A DNA stretch of 64,000 bases from Camelus dromedarius. Its lineage: Eukaryota. The first letter of the stretch is position 1. Every line of letters starts with the position of its first letter. The notes below the pieces were generated by a model, which was given only the letters and a program-made list of their open reading frames with translations, searched no databases and was not told where the DNA came from. The stretch is from assembly GCF_036321535.1 (NCBI RefSeq), contig NC_087438.1, positions 13,704,001-13,768,000 of the forward strand. The letters are read 5' to 3'. Shown here piece after piece: positions 50,549 through 64,000 of the stretch. The translations under genes were made by a program, and so were the position numbers.

Positions 50549-52409
50549 CTAGAAAAGTCGTATTTTTTGGAGACTAGTTGCTGCAAGTACTTTCTATATT
50601 CTTTCTACCTTCATTTTATTAAATATTTCATTTCTTAACTATGAATTAAGATCAATAACCAAGATAAAAATGTTATGAATTCTAACCTTCAATGTAGGAA
50701 ATTTAGGAAAGACTTATTAAAATGGATGAAATGTATCTAAAAATTAAAGGTAACTCAAAAATAACCATTAAAAATACACTTCTCCAATTTTTCTTTTCAT
50801 TTTTCAATTTGTAGCGTTATCATGCAGTTAAGAAACTAAGATGTTTTCTGAAGTAACTTTCAAATGGTGACAAGTTTGCTTTTAAATCAAGTACAGTGGT
50901 TTAATCCAATTTATAGTTTACTGAGTTGATTTTTAACTCAATATAAAATTCTTAAATGTCAGCATATGATTAAATAATAATGTAAATGATAAATGATTGC
51001 AAAATAACTTTTAGTTCTTGGAAGAGATTTCTTTTTTCAAGTTAGTGTCTTGAAAATGAGGCTTAGAAAGCAGAAGTGTGGGCTGAATGTCTTCAGGTAT
51101 CTTGTATTTTATGTTCTCTTAATCTGCTTTTGATTAAGTAAAAAACAAAATATAGTTTATAAATAAGCCTGTGACCAATAGATTGTGGGAGATTTAAGCA
51201 TGAAATGAACTCATCTACAGATTACTGAAAAGGAATATATTAGAATGAATTAATAATAAACAGAAATCAGAAAAGCTTTACCTCGTAGTTTTCCACATCA
51301 TTAAGAATATCTCAAATAGAACAGTTGTGCCCTATCTTCCCAGGTATACGATTGACTGATTTTTTTTTTTTTTTATCTCTGTGTAGATGTGGTTTTTGAT
51401 TATAAATAACCCGGAGCTTTGGAAGAAGTAATAACCTGACTCCATCAGAGTCTCACATCATTGCTCTCATTTCTTTTTGCTTGGCCTTAAGATGGGGAGC
51501 TTAGACTTGGGTAGAAAATATTTTCATTTTCTTATATTACAGTTTCTCTTATCTTTAATTTCAGGAACTGATACAATGTTTTCTTTTAAGGTGTTTTATA
51601 TTTGTCTGCTGGAGATGTTAGGTAACATAAGTAAGTGCTCCTTTCACAAGTGAGAACCTAGTTTCTCTGCCTTGCCGGCTTCAGACATTGTAAATCCACC
51701 TATTCCTTTATCATTGTAACAGGCAGAATTCTCTCCAAGCCTATATCTGGCTTTCCTTACAGATTTTTCATTCATTCTTGAGTATCTCCTGGAAAGATCT
51801 CTGCTAGTCTATGTTATTTATACTTTCTTGCATATTAAAAAGTGTTCTCTTTATTATTATGGGAAGAAGGGAATTGCATCTTTGAACAAATCAAAACGGT
51901 GCTCCCTCTGGCATGACCCATACCAGGTCTTAGTAAGCCATACTTGAGTTAGAATGTAGCCCTGATTAGTTCACCACCATGCCCAGACACTAAGGTGCAC
52001 TGAACCCCGTGGACAAGTGGCCCAGTCTTCTAAGTATTATTTACATTATACTGTAACTTTGAGAAAAATTCTTTCTTTAGGTAGATTTTTGAACTGGTTA
52101 TTATATGGCTGGGCAGTGGTGGAGTAACGTCCGTAAGTGACAAGAACCTTGATGGCTTTAGGAACACGCGTGAGTGGTCCCCTTCTCAATGACATGCTTG
52201 CTTAAAAAAACAAAAACAAAAACAAAAACACAGAAAGAGAAAAAGAGAAAAGGAAAAGACATTTGATATTTTGATATATTGATTTTAAGATAACTATGCC
52301 TTTTGATTTAACTCAGATAAATTTTATGACTTCTACCACTGCTTAGCCAACAGCCGAATAGCTGCGAATCTCTTCCTTCTTCCATCTTTAATTCTCTAGA
52401 CACTCAGTG

Positions 52410-52730
52410 ACCGTAGTGCAGGAGATCTTCCATATTCTCTTCTAGAGCTACCTTCTCTCACCCTCTCCCCCTGCTCCATCCTGCTCTCTGCTCTGAGATT
52501 CTGACCCGTGAGCACTGCACCTTTGAGCTTTGTTACCCTCTGGTTTCTGACTGTGTTTGGCCAAAGGGTATCCAAGCAGGAGATGAGGTCAGTTTATTCC
52601 CAGCCTGTGCTTCTGGTTGCCTCCAACTGGCTGAGGCTCAACCTAAGGTCAGATTGACTCTTATACCACATCTCCCCCATTTAACAATTCTTTCCCTCCA
52701 GGACCAGGGAATCTTATGCCTACAATCCTA
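52410..52730 (-). mobile_element. ERVL LTR (LTR33/LTR40-like)
   Basis: 'ccctctggtttctgactgtgtttggccaaaggg...agcaggagatgagg'. Confidence 0.55.
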
Positions 52731-53709
52731 TAAATAGTGTTTCACTTGTAATATGATTCAATAATTATTTGTGGTTATCATTTATACATACATGACTAAG
52801 TCTCTGGCACATATTCTTAAAAACCTCACAACACAATCTCATAATATTATAATCAAAATATTAAAATATCAGTTTAGATATTGGGATATACAATATAAAA
52901 ATAGGTTTTTTTTATTACTAAACAGAGGAGATGAGATGCAAACATTGAAGTAGAGGGAAATATTTTTTAAAGCAATAAGAAATTCACTTTTGATTTTCTA
53001 CTTTGTATAATTTCTTCCTCTTCAGTAGTGTTGACAGACGGGTGATATTTTAGGTTCAAAAGACATGAAAATCGTTTCATATTTGAATGATATATAAACC
53101 CTTCTCTACCTTACAAAAAAATTAGTGCTTCTTTTTGCAATGTATAAAATAGTGGCTGAGATTTCTGTATTTGACAGTTGGTCATCTGTTTTGGATCCAG
53201 GACTATTGAAGAACTTTGAACCATTGGTTCTCTTCAATATGCAATACCCTTAAAATATACTTTTCTATTTAATGTACTGCAAATTACTTTCATCATTTAG
53301 AGCTGCCTGAATTGTGCATTAATAGCAGGCTCTTATGGTCTGCAAAGAAAAAATAATTTAAAGACTACATTTTTGTTGAAAACTGAATCAGAGAGAATAC
53401 AGCAGTTATAGTACAGTATCTGATTAACACCACCAAGATGTGGATTACCGGAGTCACCTTGGAGAGAGTGCTTTACAGTGACCTAGACACCTTGGGCGTG
53501 GCCATCTCTGCCACAGCATTCAGCAGATTTTCTCTGGACCGTGAGCTCTTTGAAGGTTGGGACCATAATTTGTTCAACCTGTATTCCCTGAAACTGTCAC
53601 AGTCCCTGACATATGGTTGAAACTTGAATCCTCACCAAATGGATTTTATCTCATTTACTTTTAAAAAAATTTAAGTGAACAGAACTTTTCAAATACGTGT
53701 GTGCCTGAG

Positions 53710-53870
53710 ACTATTTCACCGGGGGAAAAATAATTCCTTTAATAGACGTTAAAAGTTACCACATAATGACTTCTGTTTACATTCTACTGGCCAAGACTTA
53801 GGTCAGCTAGTCTATACCTCGTTGCAAGGAAGACTAGGAAGTGTGGTCATTATTCTGGGTAGTCAAGTAA
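53710..53870 (-). mobile_element. Old MLT1 fragment
   Basis: 'acttctgtttacattctactggccaagacttaggtca...tgcaaggaagactaggaagtgtggtc'. Confidence 0.6.
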
Positions 53871-55103
53871 ATTGTTGATTTTTACAAGAAGATATAAGAT
53901 CTGGATAGATGATTGTAAAGATGTCAGTCATTTCCAAGATTGATTCCAATGATGTTATAGGTACATATCTATGGGAACAGTTGCTGTTTCTTATTTTTGC
54001 AAGATGCACTGGTACCTTTGACTCATCCTAGAATTATTTGTTCTTTTATGATATCATGCAAAAGATATAAGAAATGATTATTTAAAATTACAAAGAGAAA
54101 AATGTGCTAACCTCCCTTTTTCCATGTATGGCTAGAGCGTTATGAATAAAAGGGGATACAATCTGGAAAAAAATCAAGTTCTTATGTATTATAAATGACT
54201 TCAACTTAGAGATGAACTAGCATGTGGTCCAGAGGTTAACTAAAAAATCTGTATTCACTAAGTCTACATTTTATATGTGTTATATCCATGAATTTTATAT
54301 TTTATAAAATCTAAAATTCTAGTTTATACATTTTATAGCATGGATATTTGGAAGATACTCCTTTCGAGTTATGTGAAAATGACAGTCAACATTCTGAATT
54401 TTGCTCCATGTTCCCAAGCTACACTTTTCAAATATATTTCGTGACATCTCTCACTTCTTTATAAATACATAATGTACATAATTTATAGAGTTAAGCAGGC
54501 AAGCAGCAAGATTTGTACTTTTTACTTTATACATTTTGAGATCTTTCTTCTTTAGAACACTTAGTCTGCTGGCTATGAGATGTATATAAATAAATATTTA
54601 TAATAATATCTGTTCTGTGCTAAAATAGAGGTGAAAATCCTATGGGAACATATAATAAGAAGCAATAAATTAACAGTATTAAAAATAAAGTTTACAGAAC
54701 AAAGCTCCAGAAGTGAACTCGGGAACTGAAGCTTGGCTTACTTGAAATTATTGCCTAATGACCTAGAATCTAACAGATGTAACACAAAATAAAATTTATA
54801 CCTTGTCTTTAACCTGATTAACTCAACAAAGAAGTATTTCACTAGGTTTGCACACCCAACAAGTATTGGAAAACTAGGAGGGTAATCCACTTCTGCCTGA
54901 ACAAAGTCTTAAACGATGAACTACACTTTGGGGCTGGAATAGAACAGTGATGAATAGTCACGTTACAGTGAACCACATGAGCAAAAGTATAGGAGGATGG
55001 ATCAACACACTGTTTTTGGAAAATTTCAAGTAAAATAAATTTCACCAGTGTGTGCATTGCAAAGAAAGGAGCAAGGAAGAAGTTGGTAGCAAATGCCACA
55101 ATA

Positions 55104-55436
55104 AATTTAAAAAAAGAAAAAAGAAGATGCTAATGAACTCATGAACAAAACAGAAACAGACTCACAGACATGGTAAACAGTCATGGTTACTGGTGGCAAA
55201 GTGGTGGGAGAAGATAAATTTGGGAATTTGAGATTTGAGAATATGAACTACTATATATAAAAACAGATTTAAAAAACATTTCTTCTGTATAACACAAGGA
55301 GCCATATTCAATAGCTTGTAATAATCTTAATGGAAAAGAACACAAAAACAAATATATGTTTATATGTATGACTGGGACATTATGCTGTACACCAGAGTTG
55401 ATCCATTGCAACTGACTATAGTCCAATTGAAAAAAA
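55104..55436 (+). mobile_element. 5'-truncated L1 3' end, camelid-type
   Basis: 'aatgaactcatgaacaaaacagaaacagactcacagaca' through 'actgggacattatgctgtacaccaga...actgactata' plus an A-tail; degenerate TSD aaatgccacaata/aattgccgcagta. Confidence 0.85.
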
Positions 55437-55585
55437 TTGCCGCAGTACAAGAAATGTTCTATGTAAATTGTAGTATGCTAAGTATAGGTTACATGTGTAT
55501 TTTGATTGTTTATGTCAAAGGATTACTGTAAAGATTAAATCATACAGTACAAAACATTTTCCTATGAAATAAAATTCATATTTTC

Positions 55586-56044
55586 TGGCAAGGTAAGAAA
55601 AATTTTAAACATCAAAAATTTTTCTCTGCCCTTGGGCTTCCTGTCACCCTGCTACTGTGCATGGCATGTCTGCGGTATGCATCAACCAAACCTCCCCAGT
55701 GGCAGAAATTCCTGTACTCCGCAAAGAGCACCATTTCTCCTGGCATCAAGCAGACAACTCCTTAAGAGAAGACATCCCTTCTTGATCTTGTAAGAGGTCA
55801 TAATGACCTGCCGCTTTGTACTCTCAGATCTGGATTATGTCAACTGCCAATAATATGTCATTGAATGTACAGTCCCCTGTCTCAAAAAATTTATATAACT
55901 GTGCTTTCACTTTTAACGGGCAGAACAGTTCTCAGAGCTCGCTGAGATGCTGTTCCCAGGTCATAATCCCAAACTTGGCTCAAAAAACATTTCCCACTTC
56001 TTTCTTAGATCGACTGATCTATTTGAAGATCGATTTGAAGACAT
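55586..56044 (+). mobile_element. ERV1-type solo LTR
   Basis: TATA-like 'ttatataactg', then 'gaacagttctcagagctcgctgagatgctgttcccagg'; ends 'gaagaca'. Confidence 0.7.
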
Positions 56045-56689
56045 TTTGGAGGACTTTTTTATCTATTAACATATGTACTTCATTTCCTTGTCATTGTTAG
56101 AGGACAAAAAATTGATTTGAAACCTTCAAAATGTCTTTAAGACATTTTTATGATATATGATAAAGTCTAGTCAATTCTTTTATTTTTAATCAAGACTATA
56201 TATCTGCTATAGCTTTTTATAATAAAAACTAGTCCACTTATTTCCTAACTTAGTCATTTTTCACATCTAATATATTGTAACTTTTTATTTGTGTCTGCTC
56301 CCTCTGCTTCTACTATACCTATTCTCAAATCACTCACGTTAGTTGCTCAAACATTCATCACAATTACATTATTCAATGTATAGATTATACAATATAGACA
56401 ATGTACCCACCCAGGAAGCAGGAATAATAAATTGTAAATTATGTTTTTACATCCTTATGGAAATTTCTAATCATGATAATTAAAATGTTAAGACAATTCA
56501 GTATGTTTTTCATCTGACTGGAAGTAGAAACGAGGCCAGACGATGTTCACATTTTATATAATGCACATGTTTTCACTCAAAATAATCATCATTTAAATGT
56601 AATTTTATATTTTTCAACATGATACAAGAATTTGAATTTTTATATGTATCGTGTTTTAAATTAATAAACACTAATCATTTTGTAATAGT

Positions 56690-57115
56690 ATATGAGTTAA
56701 AGTTTTTAGTTGCAAGCAATGGAAATGTACTCAGACTAACTTGTACAGAAAAACAATTGGATAGAAGAATATCAAGTATTTCAAAGAAAGAACGGTGAGC
56801 CAGGATTAGCGGAGAGCAACATCAGACCTTTCTTAGGATTATTCATAAAAATTACTCAACAATCCCACTAAGGAATCTCAACGACAAACAATGAACTTCT
56901 GTTCTCTTTGCTCCATCATTGAATCATGTATCTCAAGTTGGAAAATTCCAGGAGAATGGGTCAGATTGATCAAATGTAAGGGTCTCTCACCCCTTGTCTA
57001 AGTAAATGCAGTAATACTCTTCTCAAAGACAAAGATATAATTCCTTAGAAGGAAATCAGGCTATTCTTTTTAAAATATGAGACCACGGATATGAGTCACC
57101 AGTAAACAGAAAACT
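56690..57115 (-). mobile_element. Old MLT1 (K-N-like) LTR
   Basis: 'ttttagttgcaagcaatggaaatgtactcagactaact'. Confidence 0.55.
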
Positions 57116-57744
57116 TCCACTATGTGGAAAAAGAACTTGAATCTTCTTCAATGTACAAACTAGCCAGTTAAATATGAAATAGAAGAACTAAGAATAGTTC
57201 TTAGTTCAGTAGAAAAACTAAGCCAATTAAATCTGTAAACCTCAGCTCTTAATATAATAATAACCTTGGAGATAAAGGACACATTTAAAAGCAGGTTCTT
57301 TTGTGGTATTTAATTGATGTTAGAGGAGGATCATAATAAATATCCCAAACCTATTCAAGACGTGAGACAGTAGGACCAAAAGCCACTGTATTGATTGCAT
57401 CTATAATTCCTTCATGGTTCTGAGAGATATGATCCTAAACCTTTGTCTCTTCCTTGGCCTGGAAAAATGGTTGATACCACATATATTGTAAATCATGTGC
57501 ACTGCATGGAGAAAAATGTCTAGATTATGAAAGCCATCTACCATGGGAATAGGGAGAAGGGGTTATGGGAGCAAAGATGGGAGAATTAATTCTAGGCTTT
57601 TGTTACCATTTCCGTCTTTCCTTTTATTCATGTACACAATAAAAATATTGAACTTCTTTTACAATTACCCTGTTAAATGATTTAATTAAAACATGTGTAT
57701 ATTCATACAAATTTTATATCTGGCCCTTATGATAAATTATAAAA

Positions 57745-57928
57745 GGGGCCACAAATTTGCTGCATCCTTGCATTCAGGCCTTTGTAGTATGTTGTTGCAG
57801 AGTCTCTCCTCCTGAGTTGGAATCTACATCTGTACCCACTGAACCTGGGTATGACTTGCCTTAGCCAATGAGATCATAGCAGACATGAAGCAAGCAGAGG
57901 TTTGGGAAGCACTTTTATACTGGCTAGG

Positions 57929-57997
<69 letters not shown>

Positions 57998-58291
57998 TTG
58001 CTCTTAGAACCTGTTGCCAGCATGTGAACAACTCAGAGCTACCCTGGTGGATGATGGAAGATACATAGCCTAATTGCATCCACTGCCTCAACCAACAGAC
58101 TGCCAGCCTCTGGAAACACAGCTCACTCATTAACCATCTGCTGAACACAAATACATGACTGAACGTAGCTAAGGCACCGACTGATTCTGGCCCTAACTGC
58201 CTACACCGAAAATCATTATGAAATAAATATTTGCTGTTTAAAGCCACTAGGCATTGGGATAGTTTGCTTTACAGCAAAAGCTAACTTTGCA
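57745..58291 (+). mobile_element. MaLR LTR (MLT1F/G-like)
   Basis: 'atgacttgccttagccaatgagat', 'aagcaagcagaggtttgggaagcactt' and 'aataaatatttgctgtttaaagccactag'. Confidence 0.8.
57929..57997. repeat. Perfect (ATT)23 microsatellite
   Basis: 69 bp of uninterrupted ATT. Confidence 0.97.
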
Positions 58292-58295
58292 AATC

Positions 58296-58739
58296 TGTTA
58301 TGGGTTGAATTCTGTCCCCGCGAAATTCATACCTGTAGTCTCAACACCTAGAATCTCAGAATATGAGCTTATTTGGAAGTAGGATTGCTGCAGATATAAT
58401 TGCTTAAGGTGAGGTCATAGTGAAATAAGGTGGGTTCCCAATCCAATGTAACTGGTGTCCTTATAAAAAAGGGGAAGTTTGGGCATAGACATACACAAAG
58501 CAAAGGTGCCATGGGAAGATGAAGGCAGAAATCAGAGTGATGCTTCTCCAAGAACACAAGAGATTGCGAGGCTAACATGAAGTGACGGAATTGATTCTTC
58601 CTCACAACTGCAAGAAGTAGCCCTACTAACACTCGGTCCTCAGACTTCTAGCCCCCAGGGCTGTCAAACAATAAATTACTAATATTTAAGCCACCTAGTT
58701 AGTGGCACTTTATTATGGCAGCTCTAGCAAACTAATACA
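58296..58739 (+). mobile_element. MaLR solo LTR (MLT1B/C-like)
   Basis: Runs 'tgttatgggttgaattctgtccc' to 'ggcagctctagcaaactaataca'. Confidence 0.9.
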
Positions 58740-58764
58740 CAAGGTAAACTCATTTTTACTATGA

Positions 58765-59090
58765 AGCTTTTAGTTACTATTTCCTCTGCCTGAAGAATTT
58801 TGTCACTTTCTCTTACATTCAAGTTGTAGCTCTAGTGTTGCCTTAGCAGAGATTCCTTGACCACATAATACAAATTATCCTTCCTCCAGTCACCCTCTGT
58901 TGCCTGTTTTCATTTTCTTAATATACGTATCTCTGTCTGAAGTTACTTATAATCTTCGTTAATCTATGTTTAAATATCCTCTACAGAAAGCAAGCTTCAT
59001 GGGAACAAACCGTTTGTCTTTTTTATTACTGTATTCATAAAACTTAGCATATAAAAGTTATTTAATAAATATTAATTACATAAAATAATA
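58765..59090 (+). mobile_element. L2 3' end
   Basis: 'ttcctctgcctgaa', 'gcaagcttcatgggaac...ctgtattc' and 'taataaatatt'. Confidence 0.6.
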
Positions 59091-62000
59091 CATAGATAAG
59101 CCAGAAAGCACTTAAATAGGTTATCTCATAATTAATAATTTAACCTATGTAAGATATTTTCCTTCAGACATACTCTGGAATAGCCGTATCAAGTGCATGC
59201 AGTGTGATGGTTGGTTTAGAAATCTATGTAGAGTTTACATATACTTTATTAGCCAATGTAGTTAGAAACATTAATCTTTGGAGTTTTCCTTTTCTTGCTC
59301 CTTAGAGATAATTTTCTCCTAACCATTGGGGTGCACAAATGTAGTCTCTAGACTAATTGAAATAGTAATTATTGGGATATAAAGAGTCAATGGTTGACAG
59401 GACTGAATCTATTGAAAGTTAAAGAACAGCCAGAGGGATTCTGGGAAAAGAGATTCGACTTTAACAATAGAACTAGAAAGAGAAAAATGAGAGAAGAGTA
59501 ATCCTCTGTATTCTCCCACCTTTACGAAGGCTAAGTAAGAGACACCCTTTGAAGAAAAGTGAAGGGGAAGAAAGAGGTTGGGTGACATTAGAGAAGAATG
59601 TGATGGAAGTAAGACACTAGGAAATAGAGGATCGTGTTGAAAAGAAACAGTCAGAATTTGTGGACTATTAGACACCATCTGGGGCATATCCAATAGTGGG
59701 AAACAGAAGCAATACTATAAATTCATATACTGTCACTTCTGTAATCAGCCCATACAGATGAGTAGTTCTTCTTAACACGGACATTTGATTGTCACCATCT
59801 TGATTCCCATGAACCTTTCAAGAAAAAATCATCTTCCCTGTCTATGTCTAAATGGCCTTCTGTCAAAATCTCCCCAACAAAATGGCTCAAGGTGCTTCAA
59901 GCATCTCCCCTCAAACAAGTTGACTTTCTGGACATTCAGAGAGCAGTCCTAGAACCAAAACTAAAGCCTCAGAATCTCTTCTCTGATACCATGGATTAGT
60001 AAGAGTGGATTAAGATGAACAGATAAAAAATAAACACACACACATCATTAGACTTCTAGTATATGAGCACTAACTACTTAGATAACACTGTGAAGAAGAT
60101 GCCTTTGTAAAAATATACTGATTCTCTTGGCACAAAAGAAAACCAGTTACTTGTGTAGAGAGGGTTATTAACTCACTCTTTCAAACTACGTAGGTCTTCC
60201 AGTGAAGGAGCTGTGTTCAGAGATCTTAACAAAAATAACTCATTCTAATTGAGGACTGTGGGCCCATTCAGAGATACAAGATATGACACAAAATCATAGC
60301 TATTACCTTCATATGTCTTATCCAGTTAGCTAGAAATAAAATGCATTTTCACCAAAATAATTCAGTCTGAAAAGTTGTAACTATATTTTCCTTAGACCAT
60401 ACTTTATTTAAGATAATTTAAAAATTACTACCCAAAATGAATGCATATCTGAATATCTCTTATATTAATACCTACTCAAATTTATAATAGACATCATACC
60501 TGAATATCTCTATTGTTAAAGAAGGTCTTTATACTGACTTTGCATGTCATGATGACTATGTTTATTGGTTTCCCAGAACAAAGATTCCATCAAGCTAACA
60601 GGATATTAAAACCTCTTCCTCTTGAATTCATATACACCAAGATCAACTTAGAGATTATGTGTGCACATGAAAAGGGATGTGTACATTAAAAATATGAAAT
60701 TCAATATATGTGTGTATTGCATCTATGTATATCTATGTAGGTAACACATATAGATACTATACATATATATAAAACTCAATATATCACACCTACATGTGCA
60801 CACATGCACACACACATACACAATTCCATCTTATAGGCTTCATCACAGATTTAATAATTTTATGATCCATTTTGGAGATAGACCTTATAGTCTCAATTGT
60901 ATTGGCCCAATTTTATAATAGTATGGTATAAACCAACTCAAGAATACAATGCAAGGCATTTTATATAATACATGATACATAACTTAGGAAGACCTATGGA
61001 CTTGTCTTCTTGGATACTAAAGCCTTAACAGTAGAAATATTGATAATAATGACCAGCACTTGATTATTACTTAATAAATTTTATTTATGTCCTACTATAT
61101 ACTCCAAGTAGAAAATTCAAAAAATAGCAGTTGACGTCCCAGTATTTACTTCTCTCAACACAGGTTTATTGCATAAACCCCAAGGGACCCTACAGAATTG
61201 GGGAAATTTTTGAGAGGACAATTTATAATTTTAGAGAATTGTTTAAGCCATCATGAAAATTTTAAGGCATATTTGGGGGTTATATAACAAGAGGTATGTA
61301 ATAAATCACTGTGATTCATATTTCCTGAAGGTCAGTTTCTTAATCCATTAAAAATCTAGACCTAGTTTACTTCACACCAAATCCGATTAACAGTCACGTG
61401 TGTGTGGTGTGCACCTGCACAAGCACTCACGTGTATTTTGTTAGTCAAAATTTAAAACCTGTTGCAGTTGTGGGAAACAGCAGTACATTTTCTCCTGGCT
61501 TTCTGTGGAAAGTCTCTTTTCTACTTTAGATTCTTTTTCTTAAAAACTGCTTCATTTATTTGTTTTTATCCTTATCAAAGGTCATGAGAATGAAGGTCAC
61601 AAACACGCATGTATGACCTACATATATAGATTTAGATATGTAGGTATTATATTTTAAAAACCATTGCTGTGGATTGTGGCATTTTTGAAGGACAAACATA
61701 CCAGTATCAAATACTACAGAAACCATACTTTAAGTCGTGTATACTGATTTATTGTGGCAAATATAGTTATGATCACCAAATAGGTATCTCCATATCTTTA
61801 GCATAAAGCTTAAAAAACTGTGACGTAGCTACTGCTTACTAGGGTGAACTCAGCTCAAAACAATTTGAAAAAATTCAATCTTTTCCCACTCTTAGAGTTA
61901 ATAACATTTACGAAATCCCTCCTATCTTATATCCACAAGAATAACTGTATCTGCTGTTTCTATAATGATAAATAGTAGAAAAATCAGTTATGAATTATTG

Positions 62001-62799
62001 GCCCCTCCTTTCTGAACAGTTAGGAGGGCTGTTAGGACCTACATCTGGGTACAGGTTTATCTTCCTAATGCAGGTAAACAACACGTAGATCTATGAAAGC
62101 AGGTAGGTTTTGGAGGGAGTTATTAGAAGAGACAAGAATAACCAGTCTTTTATACTATTCAAAAACTATGAGGTTTAGCTAATATCTTCTTGCTCAGAGC
62201 AATTCCATGTATTTCCATTGTCTACTTACTCTGAAATACTGACATGAAGTTTATAGATTGCTTTACCTTTGTAAATAACACCTTAACATGCATTAGAAAT
62301 GACGGGAACCCAAACTAGGGAATAGCAAAGAGCATGAAGAAAGATGTTGATGTAAGACAAGTTACAGACTTATGCTCTTCTGTACTTGGTCAATGTTTTG
62401 CTACATTTCAGAAGGAAAAGGAGAAGTTCAGGGCAAGTCCACGGTTCCAGTCTCTACAACTCAGCACCTGATAATGTGAGGCACCAGTATGTGAATTGCG
62501 ATAATGCATAATTTAGAGGGAAATGTATTGCTTTTATATTTGTGCAAATTTGAGTTTGAGCTTTCTGTGTGATGCTTGGTTGAAAAATCCTAATAAATAA
62601 TATTAATTGACCTTTGGGTTCATGTCATTGTGCTGTGTCCAAACATCACCACTGGCATCACTACTACCATTACAAACATAGAAGGATGGAAAAAAATACA
62701 TTTATAAATTGAACATCTTTACAGAGATTAAATAGGTTGAAATTATTGGTTGATGAGCAGTGCCCACTCAAATAACCTTTTGGCTTCTGAGCCCAGAAA

Positions 62800-63430
62800 C
62801 TAAGCCATGAGCATGGCGAAGAATTTAGATTCTAAGTAAGATGTGGGCTATAATGGGGTAACAGGAAACTTCCGCATGAAAGCACGTTCTGAGTGATATT
62901 CCCTTCACTGAGAAGCGCCTGAACAAGGATGAGAAGCCCACTCACATAGCTGCAGCTGAGATTTCCAAAGCTCCGTGCTTCCCTGGGGTGGCTGGAAGGC
63001 TGCCCTTGGGCATGTGACCAAGAAGCCCAGTGTTATCACTGGGGAATGGTAGGCAAGGGCTCCTGATATAAAATATGATTCAAAATGGGGTTTGTTGGAA
63101 GCAACCACACAAAGAAAAGGGAAAGAAAAAAGAACTTCTCATCCAAAAAAGCTTGCAATGACATTTTTCAGAACAAAAGAAGAAAAGACATTCCCCCAAA
63201 TCAAGAGATAATACAAATCATTTAATCATAAAAGAATCTAAGGCGTGTTGATGAAGACTTAAACGCTTTTTTGAGGGATACATAAAGAGATCATAGAGTA
63301 ACAGTTTCCATAAAAATGAAGAGTGAGCTCAGCAACACAATTAGACAGATATGAATCAAGAAGAAGTAGATACTTTCACAAGGCAAATACTAAAAGTAGT
63401 ATTTTTATTGAAACAAGAAATTCAAAATAT
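62800..63430 (+). mobile_element. Possible old L1M/HAL1 5'/ORF1 relic
   Basis: A GC-richer block followed by strongly A-rich, ORF1-like decayed sequence. No diagnostic motif recognised. Confidence 0.3.
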
Positions 63431-64000
63431 GGGCTATATTATCTTGTGTAGTCTTCCTCAAAATGCAGTTCTCTTATTCAAAAGATGTTGATATGGAGCC
63501 ACTAAAGGTTGAATGCTATATTTAATATCATATAAACAGAGGGGGCGGAGGTAGGGTTCTAACTCAGGTGTCACAAAGCCTAAAACCTATATAATTTTCA
63601 AAGCTCTGTTACCTTCTAGTGGCACATATAAGCTCTAGTGGCATATATAGGAGCTTATATATGCTTTCTCTCTATATATATTTTTTGGCAAGTACTGGTT
63701 AGTAGAGTCTAGAAAATACACAATAACAACAAAAAGAGTCATTTATTTCTACTCTCATGATAACGATGCCAAACCTGGCTAAACATATCCAAAGAGAAAT
63801 AGGAATCCTCTTGCATTTTTTCCAATCTTTGAAATACTTTGAACTTTTCTCTATTCCAGCCATGAGGCTACAAGCCAGAGGACAAGATGAATAAAAAAGG
63901 CAAAGTCTTTTGAAGAGCCCACGGTCTCAGGAGGAGGGAAGATACTAATAAAAATAAATTTAAAGCATAGTTACAAATGGGATAAGTATTGTACAAAACA

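Noticed and set aside
63538..63600. G-rich start resembling a tRNA-derived SINE head
   Set aside because: No proper A/B boxes or tail; better explained as a decayed MIR piece.
1..64000. A novel multi-gene biological system
   Set aside because: No credible coding sequence, structural RNA, CpG-island promoter or operon-like organisation; known repeat classes plus unique non-coding DNA explain the content.

Overview
This is AT-rich, CpG-depleted placental-mammal genomic DNA, intergenic or deep intronic. I could not support any protein-coding gene, RNA gene or CRISPR array. All listed ORFs are short (141 aa or less) and fall in repeats or non-coding-looking sequence. The window is a layered record of transposable elements: ancient L2, MIR, L1M, hAT and TcMar fragments; many MaLR (MLT1) LTRs, including two LTR-internal-LTR proviruses; and about 14 ERV1-type solo LTRs, several with readable 4-bp target-site duplications (TSDs) and two of them MER41-like. 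Two younger L1 3' ends resemble camelid L1, and I saw no Bov-tA, PRE-1 or Alu SINEs, so a camelid (alpaca/camel) origin is my inference. Several repeat-free stretches look like candidate conserved non-coding enhancers. Family names come from recalled consensus motifs, not from a database search. I found no evidence of a novel biological system; the findings are mostly nested insertions, unusual LTR internal structure and candidate regulatory elements.
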